This document shows positions 1 to 13,435 of a stretch of DNA of 64,000 nt, in pieces. Below the pieces are notes generated by a model. That model saw only the letters and a list, made by a program, of their open reading frames with translations. It did not search any database and was not told where the DNA came from. The stretch is from Octopus bimaculoides. Taxonomy: Eukaryota. The stretch covers positions 59,105,395-59,169,394 of the forward strand of contig NC_068988.1 of the NCBI RefSeq assembly GCF_001194135.2, read 5' to 3'. Position numbers and translations under genes: made by a program. How positions within the stretch are numbered: the first letter of the stretch is position 1; each line of letters begins with the position of its first letter.

Positions 1-127
1 GTGCGTGTGTGTATAAGTTGTCTGCTACAAGGTTTAAAGGCCTGAGTCTGGCCGTGGTGTTATGCTTGACTGTCCTAGTCAGACATCAACAGTTTACACA
101 AGCTGGAGCTATTCAATCAAATAACTG

Positions 128-165
<38 letters not shown>

Positions 166-1161
166 GTGGAATCCCCACCAAAGAGCCCGAAAAAAAAGAA
201 ATATAAAAAGAGGTTAACAGAGGAAATGGAAACGACAGAGTGTCGAACCCGAGAACCAGAGCAAGCAGTGAATACGATAGAAGATGAAGACGACAGCAGA
301 TTTGAGCAGTGGAAGGCGAGAGTCGGAAAGCAAACAAAATATGTAGCACGAGTAGGGAGACCAAAAGGAAAGAATTTAAAATTGTTGGTGTTTCACAGGA
401 GAGAGATGGAAGTTGAAAAGAGGTTGGCAAAATGAAGGGATTAATACGTGTGAAATTGGATTCGAACATGTTTCATAGAGAGCAGAAACCAGTGTTACTG
501 GACAAAGAACAGATGGAAAGGATGGTAGTGTTGTTTCCTAGTAGTATCAGGGGAACTGGAGTATACGTCCGTTAGGAGAGTCTGCCAAATGTTGTTGAAC
601 TGGACGATTTGACGGAACTTATACCGCACGAGAAATTTAAAAACGATTAAAAACTGTATAAGAGAACAGTTAAATGAAACTGCAAACTTTGAGAAGCTTG
701 TAAGCCATTGTATCCTTTCATTTAAATAATTCATGTCATCATTTGTTAAATGCACCCAACGTTTTGTATTGTATAGTCTGTCCTTGTAATATCCCCCTCT
801 GTGTTGTGGCCATAGTGCCAAAATAAAGAGAAAAGAGTGAGTAGGAGTAAATTGCAGGAAGTCGTACAGTAATATTTTTGTAGTTTGTCAATATTTTTTA
901 TCGGTTTGTGTATAGTTGGTGGGGAGTTTGCTGGAATGTTACGTTGTTGTTAGCCCGCTACGTTATATTTTTATTGTTACCACACGGATATAGTGTAAAC
1001 AAGTATCCTCATAAATAGTGGCGATACTACAATAATTGGCGACAAATAACTACGTTACAGTATATATATATATGAGTGTGTGTTGGTTTGTGTGTGTTTG
1101 TGTAAAGATACATATTCTTTAAATGCCCCAATTAATATGAAACTTCAAAATATATTTTTAG

Positions 1162-1533
1162 GTCTCAATTGATAAATACTATCCCCTTTCAAATGGGGCA
1201 TCCCAAATCCATTTTGGCTGAAGAAAACTTCAACATAGCTGAAATTAACGCTACATCTTTCTTGAAAACCGAAGAAAATTGGGAAAAAGAAAAGGTTACT
1301 GTTTTCGAAGTAAATGACACACCATCAAAACCATCCAGTTCTCAGTTTAATTCATATACAATGTATAACAGTAAATCTTCAAGTTCTTTTCAGGGAAAGG
1401 AAATTCATTGTGAAATGATGACTTGTAAAACTCACGGAGAACTTCCTAATTGTAAAACATTTTTATGCATGAATTCTGATGATTCGAACATCAAGAAAAC
1501 AATTGAAGGAACCATTCCAGTTTCTTCGGAAAG
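1162..1533 (+). CDS. Candidate internal coding exon of an unidentified protein
   Basis: Acceptor tatatttttag|G and donor AAG|gtagga. 372 bp, symmetric phase 2-2, fully open (SQLINTIPFQMGHPKSILAEENF...TIEGTIPVSSE), non-repetitive sequence. No family recognised. Confidence 0.6.
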
Positions 1534-1549
1534 GTAGGACGTATATATA

Positions 1550-1751
1550 TTCTTTTATTCTTTTAATTGTTTCAATCATTTGACAGTGGCCTTGCTGGAG
1601 CACCACCTTTAGTCGAACAAAGTGACCCCAGAACTTTTTCGTTGTAAACTTAGCACTTAATCTCTCGGTGTCTTTTTCCGAACCGCTAGATTACGGGGAC
1701 GTAAACACACTAACAACGGTTGTGAAGTGACAGTGGGAGAACAATCACACA

Positions 1752-1791
<40 letters not shown>

Positions 1792-1960
1792 TACATACGA
1801 CGGGATTCTTTCAGTTTGCGTCTTAATTCCGCTGACAAAGCTTTGGTCAGCCAGCGGCTATAGTAGAAGACACCTATCGAAGGTGCCACGCAGTGGGACT
1901 GAACCCGGAACCATGTGGTCAGGAAGTAAGCTTCTTACTATGCGACCACACTGCACCTGT
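1550..1960 (-). mobile_element. tRNA-headed CORE-type SINE (family A) with internal (CA)n
   Basis: On the minus strand: head with B-box-like GGTTCAGTCCC, then GGCACCTTCGATAGGTGTCTTC (a CORE-like segment), internal microsatellite, and conserved tail also seen at about 29.3, 43.2, 43.6, 48.1 and 54.2 kb. Confidence 0.8.
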
Positions 1961-3281
1961 ATATATNNNNNNNNNNNNNNNNNNNNNNNNNNNNNNNNNN
2001 NNNNNNNNNNNNNNNNNNNNNNNNNNNNNNNNNNNNNNNNNNNNNNNNNNNNNNNNNNNNNNNNNNNNNNNNNNNNNNNNNNNNNNNNNNNNNNNNNNNN
2101 NNNNNNNNNNNNNNNNNNNNNNNNNNNNNNNNNNNNNNNNNNNNNNNNNNNNNNNNNNNNNNNNNNNNNNNNNNNNNNNNNNNNNNNNNNNNNNNNNNNN
2201 NNNNNNNNNNNNNNNNNNNNNNNNNNNNNNNNNNNNNNNNNNNNNNNNNNNNNNNNNNNNNNNNNNNNNNNNNNNNNNNNNNNNNNNNNNNNNNNNNNNN
2301 NNNNNNNNNNNNNTATATATATATTTATATACTTTTAAATTCATCTTTATATCTTTCTGGATATAAATTTCCTTGTGAACACACTCAAATGAACAAACTA
2401 CAACTTCTTCCTCTCAAACTCACTAGCCTACAAGCGTATTATCATGGTAGGTTCACTCACACGGGCTACTTTCACTACATTTATCCACCTTTCAGCATTT
2501 GTACTGGTAGGTAACATTTCTCTCTCTACAGAAATATTTCCAAGTGAAATTAGAACAGCCGATGAGCGAGAGGCCGAAGAGAAAAGAGTCTGTCTTCAGT
2601 CCTTTTAAGTAGGGTGGGCCACTCGATCTGAAGAGAATACTAAGTAGGATTCACGTGCAAGTTCATGCGCTGTTTAGTTTGATATGAGGTCAACATGTCA
2701 TGGACATGTAGCTGTGATGCATGTACCTGGTTTACTCTTATTAGATGGTTTGTCACTTTGATGGAAAGCATTGCTCTCTCTCTACGATAATGTGAATTTT
2801 CATCAAATAAAAATACAATCGGTAAGTACAACAAGAGTAATAATAAGTATTTGTCTGACGAGAAGAATCAAAGAAGGAGGGGAAGGAGAAGGAGAAGGTG
2901 CGGAAGGAGGAGAAGAAGAGGAGGTTCGGGATTTCACGGAACGTAATAGCAATGTTTGTAATATCAAATTGTTTNNNNNNNNNNNNNNNNNNNNNNNNNN
3001 NNNNNNNNNNNNNNNNNNNNNNNNNNNNNNNNNNNNNNNNNNNNNNNNNNNNNNNNNNNNNNNNNNNNNNNNNNNNNNNNNNNNNNNNNNNNNNNNNNNN
3101 NNNNNNNNNNNNNNNNNNNNNNNNNNNNNNNNNNNNNNNNNNNNNNNNNNNNNNNNNNNNNNNNNNNNNNNNNNNNNNNNNNNNNNNNNNNNNNNNNNNN
3201 NNNNNNNNNNNNNNNNNNNNNNNNNNNNNNNNNNNNNNNNNNNNNNNNNNNNNNNNNNNNNNNNNNNNNNNNNNNNNNNNN

Positions 3282-3334
<53 letters not shown>

Positions 3335-3789
3335 TATTAAGTTGAGAAGGAAACTTTGATAAAACTTAATCATAAAAGAGATATTAGATTTTGCTGCGAA
3401 AATAGCTTACACAAATTTCCAAACCTTTTGTCAAATGATAGTTTGAAATAAAGAAATGAGCAAATGCTGAATAACGAGATCTCATACATAATTTAAACTG
3501 ACGTCGATTTATCTTAATTTTCATACGTCAGAACAAAATTTCTGATTCACTTAATATCCAAAGTCATTTCTTGATAATATTATATGATATTCTTTCCTTG
3601 TAAGACTAAACCGGAAATGTCAACAAACGACCATGTAATTCATAGATTAAAAAAAGAAAAATTGTATCTGAAAGAATTTAATGGAAGTTTTCTTTTTGTC
3701 ATATTTATTGCATATCATACTGGCTAAGCTACAGGAGGTTGCTATTTTTAGAGATGCAGTGGCTCTAATATACTAATATGTATTTTCAG

Positions 3790-3845
3790 TTATCTCTTTA
3801 TGAAATCGTAAATCACAGATCATGTTCCTGCCAGAAATTGAACGT
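3790..3845 (+). CDS. Candidate small coding exon with NHxSCxC cystine-knot-like motif
   Basis: Acceptor atgtattttcag| and consensus donor |gtgagt. Only frame 0 is open: LSLYEIVNHRSCSCQKLN(V). If unspliced it ends KLNV* at 3849. Confidence 0.4.
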
Positions 3846-4447
3846 GTGAGTTACGAAAGACTCGCCCCATTGTACACTCCTCCTTAAACCTGGGACTCAG
3901 TTGATTCAGATATGTGTTTTCCATGCAATATTATATTCTAGACTTTATACATATTATTTCTATAACTGATCGGGTGTGAATGGGTAACAACGAAGAATTT
4001 CACGTGATATGAGCTAACCTACATTAAAACACGTGAAATACATACGCGTACACAGTTACACACACAAATAGAAACCCAAAGGCTTGTATAAGTTTAGCTG
4101 AATAAATATCTGAAACTGAAGCGGGGCGGTGGCGGTTTTTCAAACGGTTTCCTTTTCTAAGGAACATAACGCATCACTTGGTGGTCCAGAAATCAAAATC
4201 ACAATCTTCCTGTTATAAACCAAAAACTCACAAACTCTAAGCATATGTTTGGGGTCGATAAAATAAGTATAAGTGGAACACTGTAGTCGATAGAACTCAG
4301 ATTACCAAGGAGGTTGAATCAAACTCTTTTGATCCGTACATGTGACTTCCAATAAATATGTTGGGCACCCGTCTGTCGTTTGTCACACATATATATATAT
4401 ATATATATATANNNNNNNNNNNNNNNNNNNNNNNNNNNNNNNNNNNN

Positions 4448-4520
<73 letters not shown>

Positions 4521-5075
4521 CATACGTATACACACACACACACACATATATATGTAAACAATTTAATGTTGCCTTTTGTTTATTTTCTCTTCATAGTAAT
4601 GAGTCAGCAAACTTTTCAAGCGTTTCTGTGGACAATATAAGCACAGACCTGTAGCTGCTTACGAGACAGAAAGAGAATTAATGTACCTCTACTCAACATG
4701 TGAAATACTTTGGAACTTTTACGAAAATGGAAAATAGAAAATGAGCAGAAATAGCGTTTTATTTCTACTGCATTGCTTGAGTGAATCTGAGAAAAATAAA
4801 AATGGATTGTGATATACTTTATTTTAATTGTCACAGAGACATAAACTTTACAATGTTTAATATTACATTTGCATTAAACAACATGCCTTCTGATTTTCGC
4901 CAGTTCCTACCATGTTTTTTTTATTACAAGGCTCAAATTAATTAAATAAAACATATACTCTATGATTTTTGTTTGTATTTCTTTTATTCCACTTCTTGGT
5001 TCGTGGTACAATCCAGGAATGAGAATAACACGACATAGTATCGATATCCTGTAACATCATTCACTTTTGTCCTAG

Positions 5076-5158
5076 GTGTAACCAACAGCACGCCAGGAAT
5101 GTCAATGTATCGCATGTTGCACCATTGGTTTTCGACGAAAGAAGTCAGAATACTGAAA
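5076..5158 (+). CDS. Candidate small coding exon
   Basis: Strong acceptor cacttttgtcctag|, donor |gtaata, 83 bp, phase 2 to 1, compatible with the 3790-3845 exon. Translates CNQQHARNVNVSHVAPLVFDERSQNTE. Confidence 0.3.
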
Positions 5159-5909
5159 GTAATATAGATACTTCATTCATATTATACTATTCTAACACAG
5201 TTATACATGTTTGCATGTAAACTAGTGTTCAGGTATATACAGTGCATTGCGAGAAGAATTTCTTCAATGTACAGAAATACTACTTGCCGGCAAAGAAATA
5301 AACTTTAAAAAGGAAGTAGCTAATATGTAGGACAAAATGATAATATTTTGCTCATATATATCTTAATAAATCTATGAACTCTCGTGAACTCGTGAACATG
5401 TATGCATAAGCAAAGAAGGTAAAACGGATAAGCAACAAAGTAGTATACTCATATCAGAATCGTTGAAGTGCCAAAAATTGATCTGGGAAAAGACTTACAT
5501 ACACGCCTACATGAAGGGTGAACACAAAAATCATTTACATTTAAACGTAAACAGTGAACCTTAAATATTTGAAAATATTTTCACATAAAGAGTTACACAA
5601 CAGTTACATTATGAAATATTTAAATGATGAACATGTATAAGTAATGAATTAATGAAATCTGGAATTAAGTAATTTACGGTAACTCAATATATAGTAATAT
5701 AACTATCTTTTAGAACTTAAATTTTGACTATTAAAAATAAAGATGGAATATAGTTTCATTTTTAAAACAACATTACTGAATTACACTCAAACCCACCCAA
5801 CACGCATAGTATCTCTTTTAAATGAGGAGACATCATACGTTAACCAATCATATATTAATATTGTTATAAACGGTGCAATTCGTGAGACTAGTAAAAAGCA
5901 TATGTGCGT

Positions 5910-5957
<48 letters not shown>

Positions 5958-6544
5958 TAAACAATATTCACTATCATGTGGGGATATGAGAGAGTATGCA
6001 TACTGGTGAGGGTAACGATAATTACTAACCTATTTCTTTTTGTAATTGCTCAGCAAAACATTGAATCTAGACAGTACTAAATTAACTTTAATTGAAGGCT
6101 ATTTCGATTTTAGATTGGTGTTAGTTGCTTTGTCGCGAAAGACAGAGGGCAGTTTAGATCCTTCTCAGAAAGAATAAAACAGTTCTCAAATACCGTTATG
6201 GTCGGTTTTCACCTCTTTATCACGCTAGTATTTCTAGGTGCTTAATTTTATCCTTCGTTTTATCCTTGATTCTGTTTATCAGTATTTTCCTTATAATTTG
6301 ACCATGAAAATAGAATTGTAATTCAGAGCAGCTTATGCATCGCATAAACAATAGCAAAATGCGGCAAAGGTTCAATAACCCACCTACTAGATCTAGTGTG
6401 CATTTTTATCTAAATACGAACCAAGGAGATGTAAACTGCATTGGTAAAGACCAACTACAACCAATTTGTATTAGCAGAAATACTTATGAGACACTTTTTC
6501 GGTAAAAAAATAATGAAAATTTTGAAAATTTATAGTTTTTCCAG

Positions 6545-6624
6545 ATCCCCAGCCAGTACCGATTTTGGTCAACGTTGTAGGGCACTACTTACTTAGAAAC
6601 GATGGGAAAGGCTTTGTCGGTTAA
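6545..6624 (+). CDS. Candidate terminal exon (weak)
   Basis: Acceptor tagtttttccag|AT, phase 1, compatible with the previous candidate. Translates PQPVPILVNVVGHYLLRNDGKGFVG*. Supported only by phase compatibility. Confidence 0.2.
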
Positions 6625-7907
6625 AGATAAAGTGTTCGAAGTTACTGGTAATTATTACAATCGCTATTTCCTTTATTTCATACAGAAACTAAAATAATTT
6701 CAACATAATAGTGGTTTTTAAAACGTTTTTCATTAACCCCATCCCCATCCACCATATACATTTTTTTTTTTTAGAAATTCTTTTAAATTATAGTTTATAA
6801 TACGCATAGATTGAGTCTGCAAATTGTTTTTGTTTATAATTTCAAAATAATTTTCAGACGAAACATTTTTTGATTTAAGGGAGATTTAGCTGTTATTTCT
6901 AACACATCTCACGACAACCTAGTACCTCCTTCATTTCTTTGTCACTTTCACATGTATTGATGTTTTTCAGTATTTCACCTCATAAACACATTTTATGGAA
7001 TCATGATACGGAAGTAACTGTTACCTCAAGCGTGACCGATTACTAGGATTTAAGAAGCAACAACGAAAACATAAAAAGTCTAAAACCAAAGCAGGTGATT
7101 TAAATTTTTAACCACTTCACCGCTCCAAGCATGAAGCACTGTATTTGCACGCGTGTGTGTGTTAATGGCTAGCAAAAACAACATACTAACAGAAAAGTAC
7201 GTCGATAAATATATCTTTTACACTCCCATTTTTAAATCACGCTGTGGCCTAAAGAAAGTCTTTACGCACATACATTTGCGCACACACAACACACATTTTG
7301 TACGTAATATTTATTTGTGCATCATAAAATTAAGATAAACATTACAGGAAAACTTCCCAAAGAAAATGAAAGCAATTGCATCATACGAATAGAGAGGAGG
7401 TAGAAGATTCGTGTGAGACAATTCATATACAGACTGATAATGTTTGTCGTACATATATAGAGAGATAGTAAGGCATAACATAGAGAGATCATTTTGGTAA
7501 TAGATAGAGTGTGAGATATTTTGAGGTATTTCTCGAAGCAAATTATATTTTTTGATTACTATTTACGGATAGCCTTCTCACTGCGTAGCAGATTTCGAAA
7601 ATCGAATTCGTCTCTCTCCACGAATCACAGTTTCATGGTATCTTTGGGATAAATTCGTGTGCATAACCACATACAATACCATTTATAATATATATATATA
7701 TACAATCATACAAACACACACAGACATTCATTTGTGCATGCGCGTGTGCGTCTATACATATGTACATACCACATCGTCAATTACAGATAGAGACTGGTAG
7801 TAACACGCAAGATCTACGATAATCGGTTGACGTACGCATTTTGTTTCTACACTATCTAAATGTGGACAGCATATGTTTGTTATTAGTGTAGTATAGTATA
7901 TGATGTG

Positions 7908-8293
7908 GAAACGCAATGGCCCAGTGGTTAGGTTAGCAGACTCATGGTCATAGGATCGCAGTTTCGATTCCCAGACCGGGCGTTGTGAGTGTTTATTAAG
8001 CGAAAACTCCTAAAGCTCCACGAGGCTTCGATAGGGGACGGTGACGAACTCTGCTGTACTCTTTCACCACAACTTTCTCTCACTCTTACTGTCTGTTACT
8101 GTTGTGCCTGTAATTCAAAGGTCAGCCATGTCACACTGTGTCACGCTGAATATCCCCGAGAACTACATTAAAGTTACACGTGTCTGTGGAGTGCTCAGCC
8201 ACTTGCACGTTAATTTCACGAACAGGCTGTTCCATTAATTGGATCAACTAGAACCCTCAACGTCGTAAGCGATGGAGTGCCAACAACAACAGC
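7908..8293 (+). mobile_element. tRNA-headed SINE (family C) with (CAA)n tail
   Basis: A-box-like TGGCCCAGTGGTTAGG and B-box-like GTTTCGATTCC, about 380 bp body, ending caacaacaacag. A related head lies at 46930-47020. Confidence 0.7.
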
Positions 8294-8835
8294 AGTATAT
8301 GATAGTAGGTTGTATATTTGAAGCATACGCATATTAATAAGGAATAATTTGCTCAATATACAGATTTTTATAACTATTTTCCGTGACATCTTCATATCAG
8401 AAAATTATTATATTTGTAATATTTGGTATTCAAATTTGACAACATCTGTCGTATTAATTTTATTTTTCGTTCCTCAACAAATATCAAGTGAGCGTTAAGT
8501 TAATAAGACGATATCATAATTACAGTACGATACAAAATTGCTAATAACTTAAAATTACACTCGTATTCTGCATAAAGAGATAAACTATGTAAGTCATTTT
8601 GTAGATGTGTGCAAAAACAAGAGTAGGAGAAGAAGAAAATACCATCTTGAAAGGGCTGCCAATCAACAGTCTAGTAAATCAAACAAGAATTTAATTTCTA
8701 TATATTTTAAATGGAGGGGTACGCTAGTAGTAATTTCAATTTAGAGGAAGTAGTAATGGACAGCAGGTTAGGGGTAAATTAAGCAAGAGAAAAAAGAAAG
8801 GGAAAAATATATATAGAAATAAAATGATTGGCAGC

Positions 8836-9286
8836 CCAGTCAAGACACACCAAGACAAACATCCCCTTCAACCTTGCAAGAAGGATATGAACAATAGTGT
8901 CAAAACAAAATACTAGAGACTACAGACCACAAGAACTCAAAAACACACTAATTGACAGACACTACCCAGTTCAACTCATAGAGGATGGAATCAGACGTGC
9001 ATCACAAATTAACATAGAAAACTTAAGAAAAGTTAAACACAGCAACACACATTCCCCGAAAATACTGCCGTACATATCCACATACAACCCCAGAAACAAA
9101 GAAGCCTTCACCATCATCACTCAAAACATACCAATGCTACATAAGGACCCCAAATTAAAGGAAATTTTACACACACACAAAATCATCAAAAGCCACAAAC
9201 AACCAAAATCACTGAAAAAGATCCTCACAAAGGCAAAATTATTTTCCAAAACAACAGATGCGAAAGTAATAAAATTTGGTCGACCA
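8836..9286 (+). mobile_element. Penelope-like retroelement fragment (RT C-terminus/linker)
   Basis: Translates RHTKTNIPFNLARRI*TIVSKQNTRD...YP..LIEDGI...ILPYISTYNP...IIKSHKQPKSLKKILTKAK...GRP. These are motifs of Penelope-like ORFs upstream of GIY-YIG. In-frame stop; truncated by an N gap. Confidence 0.8.
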
Positions 9287-9725
9287 NNNNNNNNNNNNNN
9301 NNNNNNNNNNNNNNNNNNNNNNNNNNNNNNNNNNNNNNNNNNNNNNNNNNNNNNNNNNNNNNNNNNNNNNNNNNNNNNNNNNNNNNNNNNNNNNNNNNNN
9401 NNNNNNNNNNNNNNNNNNNNNNNNNNNNNNNNNNNNNNNNNNNNNNNNNNNNNNNNNNNNNNNNNNNNNNNNNNNNNNNNNNNNNNNNNNNNNNNNNNNN
9501 NNNNNNNNNNNNNNNNNNNNNNNNNNNNNNNNNNNNNNNNNNNNNNNNNNNNNNNNNNNNNNNNNNNNNNNNNNNNNNNNNNNNNNNNNNNNNNNNNNNN
9601 NNNNNNNNNNNNNNNNNNNNNNNNNNNNNNNNNNNNNNNNNNNNNNNNNNNNNNNNNNNNNNNNNNNNNNNNNNNNNNNNNNNNNNNNNNNNNNNNNNNN
9701 NNNNNNNNNNNNNNNNNNNNNNNNN

Positions 9726-9760
<35 letters not shown>

Positions 9761-12544
9761 GTATGTATGTATGTATGTATGAATTTCAGGATTAGAATGC
9801 CAAATAAAATATACAATTTCAACGAACAGTAGAATTCTCTCAAGATACACTGGTTATCCTAAAAGTACCGTACGTAAATGTCAGTATATAAAAAACAACC
9901 ACTAAACCCCAGTACAAAGTCTCTGTGTTTCTTAAATATTCAACACCAGCACACAGATACACATACAGAAAAACACAGACACAGATACTCACACACACAC
10001 ACAATCACACATACATTCACACACTCAGAAAACGTCATCAAGAAATGATCTAGCAATTTAATGAATAAGCTGTGTTATTGTTTGTAATAATGATTTCCAT
10101 CGAAGTGAGATTACCATATGTTAATGGATAAGGATGATGGGATAGAAATATTAACAAACTCAATCAGAAAGACACCTGGACTTCTGGGAGGCAAAGTTTA
10201 CTGCCTCAGTTTGTTGAGATGTCTTATATTGCATTACAAATGACTTCTAAACTATTATTGTCATATAGAATATCATAACCTCAACAACAAGTATATTTTA
10301 AAATACGTGCACGCTTCCATATTTATAGAGAGTTATATTGACGCTAGCTACTAATTTCATAATAATTCGCTTTGTATTAACATTGAAAAGATGAAATTAA
10401 CCAGCTTTCTAAAAATAAAATAATTCCGTAATGTTAATGAGTTACTTGACATTACGATATTAATTGCATATGTAATATTGGGTATCCCAAATTGTGGTGA
10501 ATATATTGTTATATGTGATATAATAAAATTGTAATTCCGTTTTCTAATTCGTTCTTGAATATGACAATGCTGCAATAACTGCACTGCATTAATACTCTTA
10601 TGATTTTAAAAAAAGTATATATTTATTCTGAACTCTTACATTCAAAGGCAATGATGATTTTAACATTCATGAAAAAAACATTAAGAATAATTTTGTAAGA
10701 TGTAATATATGAGAAGGTCATATTATATAATTTCAACCAAACGTTTTCTTTAAATTCTTACATTTAGAAATTATTGCATTAAAATATCACTTACAGAATT
10801 CTAAAATTTGAAGAATTGAAAACACAAATAAAAACATTTTCAAAGCAAATGTTTTATATTCGTGACAAATGTCACTATGCTTAAGAAATAATTTGCCATC
10901 TGCTACTTGTCATATTGTATGTTGTACAAATTGTTTACAATTCATTTTATTTCGTGAAAATGCTTATTCATATTTAAATTTATTTACTAACGTAATTTTA
11001 GAGGTCCAATAACGTCAAAAGTGTCTTCCATTTCTTGATGGAGGTGAACAGTACATCCTTGCTTTTTTCGCTTAGGCGTACATTCTTGAATTATTCACCA
11101 GCTCCTGTTTGTCACTTTTTAGAGCATTTACTGCCTGGATATGTTATATACGATCTAATTTTACACTAAAATCAAATATTTTACTCGTCGATGAGTCTCA
11201 ACAGTTTCAAAAGTAATATTAAAAACATTTTAAATAACAAGCGATTAAATATTTGTTTATAATTCGATATAGAAACTGCTATAGAAAATTCCAAAAATCG
11301 ATGGAGAACCAGTAATCTGTCTGAGGACTCCCATCCCAATAACTTTTTTAAGGCATTAAGCAGCAGACTTTACGTAAGTTTCACAACATATGCTTTTCAG
11401 CTTTTGAGTATGGAGTTTTGAACAGAAAAACTCAGGTGGCTGACAAGCATCATTTACCAACAACCATTATGGCTAGAATTCCACATGACAACAAAATTTA
11501 GATAATGATTATCTCTGTTAACTGTAATACAATTTCAGTTTATTGTTTGTAAAAACGCTCTTTAACTAAACATTTTATAACAAGCCGTAATATATTGCTT
11601 CAGATCAAAAGATAACTAATGGCATTTCATTTTTTAAAAGTCGGTTTACACATACTTCCATGTTAGTTTCAGAATCATTCAATTTTATAGTGATAAATGC
11701 AAGAAAAGACTAATTTTTCACATCAAAATCCAATCCATATCATCATGTATTGCCGTTTGCTGCAAAGCAACAACAACAACAACAACGACGACGACGACGA
11801 CGAAAACAACAACAACAACAAAAACAGGTCGTCTCCGTATTTACCAAACTGAATAAATAGTGTATATTAATTTGAAGTACATAGCACAACCTACATACCA
11901 GATTCTTTTCAACTGAAGGGAGTAATGTAGCATTTTTGCAGGATTTACTGCCATAAAACTAAGAATGCCGACATTTTTAGTACGCGCTATTTAAATGATG
12001 AATACTTCTTTCTGCATCATAGAATTCCCTCTCATTATACAATTAAATGAAGCATTCTACTGAAAAGTCCACGCGGTTGTTTTATGAAATTCATATTAGA
12101 AACATATGCTAATATACTAACGTATATTAAATTCACGTGGTAGTTCTACTGTCTGTTTTCTTCACTACATAATTAAAATTCATTTTCGTAACTATTATTA
12201 TATATACCTCCACTCTGCAGTATTTAAAACAACATTTATAGAGTCTCTTTCATAAAGAACAAGATTGCTTTGTTTAGTTTTTCTGCACTAAAGTATAAAT
12301 AAATTTCTTTAAATTCGATTAATGTTGAAAGTTGACTTCGGTCAGCTGTAAGAAATTACAAACGGAAATCTTCGAATTTCAAAACGAGCTTTGAAACCTA
12401 CATAAGAGCGCGGTCAAATTTGTAAGGTAGACAACTTCGATATATATTGCTATTATTTGACTGAACTTTTGAAAATTACAATGCGTATTACACATGCATA
12501 CATATACATACATACTTATGCACAAACACACTCAAAAACACACA

Positions 12545-12860
12545 CACAGACTTACTCACACACAGACACACACATAATAAGACTTGGCGTGGGGACCTTG
12601 ACTCTTCCATTCTTGCTATGTGTCCTGATCATTAAAGACGGTGTTTCCTGGTGAGCTGTTCGATGCTTTGTTGGACGTTTCTCGAACTTTATTATTGGTC
12701 ACATAGTGTTCCCATATGTTCCTCAAGATTAGGCGAAGCTGTTGTTGGTGAAAGCATTCACATTTTTGAATGTCGTGAAGATATGATCATGTTTCGCAGC
12801 CATATAGCAAAGTTGAAATGACAACAGCGTTATAAATCATAATTTCTTTGTTACGATCTT
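12545..12860 (-). mobile_element. RTE-clade LINE fragment (post-RT region), decayed
   Basis: Minus-strand translation IMIYNAVVISTLLYGCET* ... GHIARMEESRSPRQVL matches the RTE/BovB-type motifs LLYGCETW and GHVxRM. Confidence 0.8.
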
Positions 12861-12917
12861 TGTAGTAATACTCACTTATACACAGACACACACATTAACA
12901 CAAACCAAACAACCACT

Positions 12918-13035
<118 letters not shown>

Positions 13036-13157
13036 CACATGTACGTACATACGTTTATATATACGTGTTAAAGTTTACGCATATCTATCTGTCTATATCT
13101 GTTCATGAACACCTAAAGAAAAACACGCATGCACACACAGACACTAGTGCTCAAACA

Positions 13158-13198
<41 letters not shown>

Positions 13199-13378
13199 AN
13201 NNNNNNNNNNNNNNNNNNNNNNNNNNNNNNNNNNNNNNNNNNNNNNNNNNNNNNNNNNNNNNNNNNNNNNNNNNNNNNNNNNNNNNNNNNNNNNNNNNNN
13301 NNNNNNNNNNNNNNNNNNNNNNNNNNNNNNNNNNNNNNNNNNNNNNNNNNNNNNNNNNNNNNNNNNNNNNNNNNNNNN

Positions 13379-13435
<57 letters not shown>

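Noticed and set aside
2685-2735. YEVNMSWTCSCDAC, a CxCxxC motif like glycoprotein hormones; similarly QECQCIAC near 5100
   Set aside because: Each is immediately preceded by an in-frame stop relative to the plausible acceptor; likely chance.
11273-11373. Open plus-strand segment ending at a gtaagt donor (ETAIENSKNRWRTSNLSEDSHPNNFFKALSSRLY)
   Set aside because: Weak acceptor, no recognisable motif, no link to other exons.
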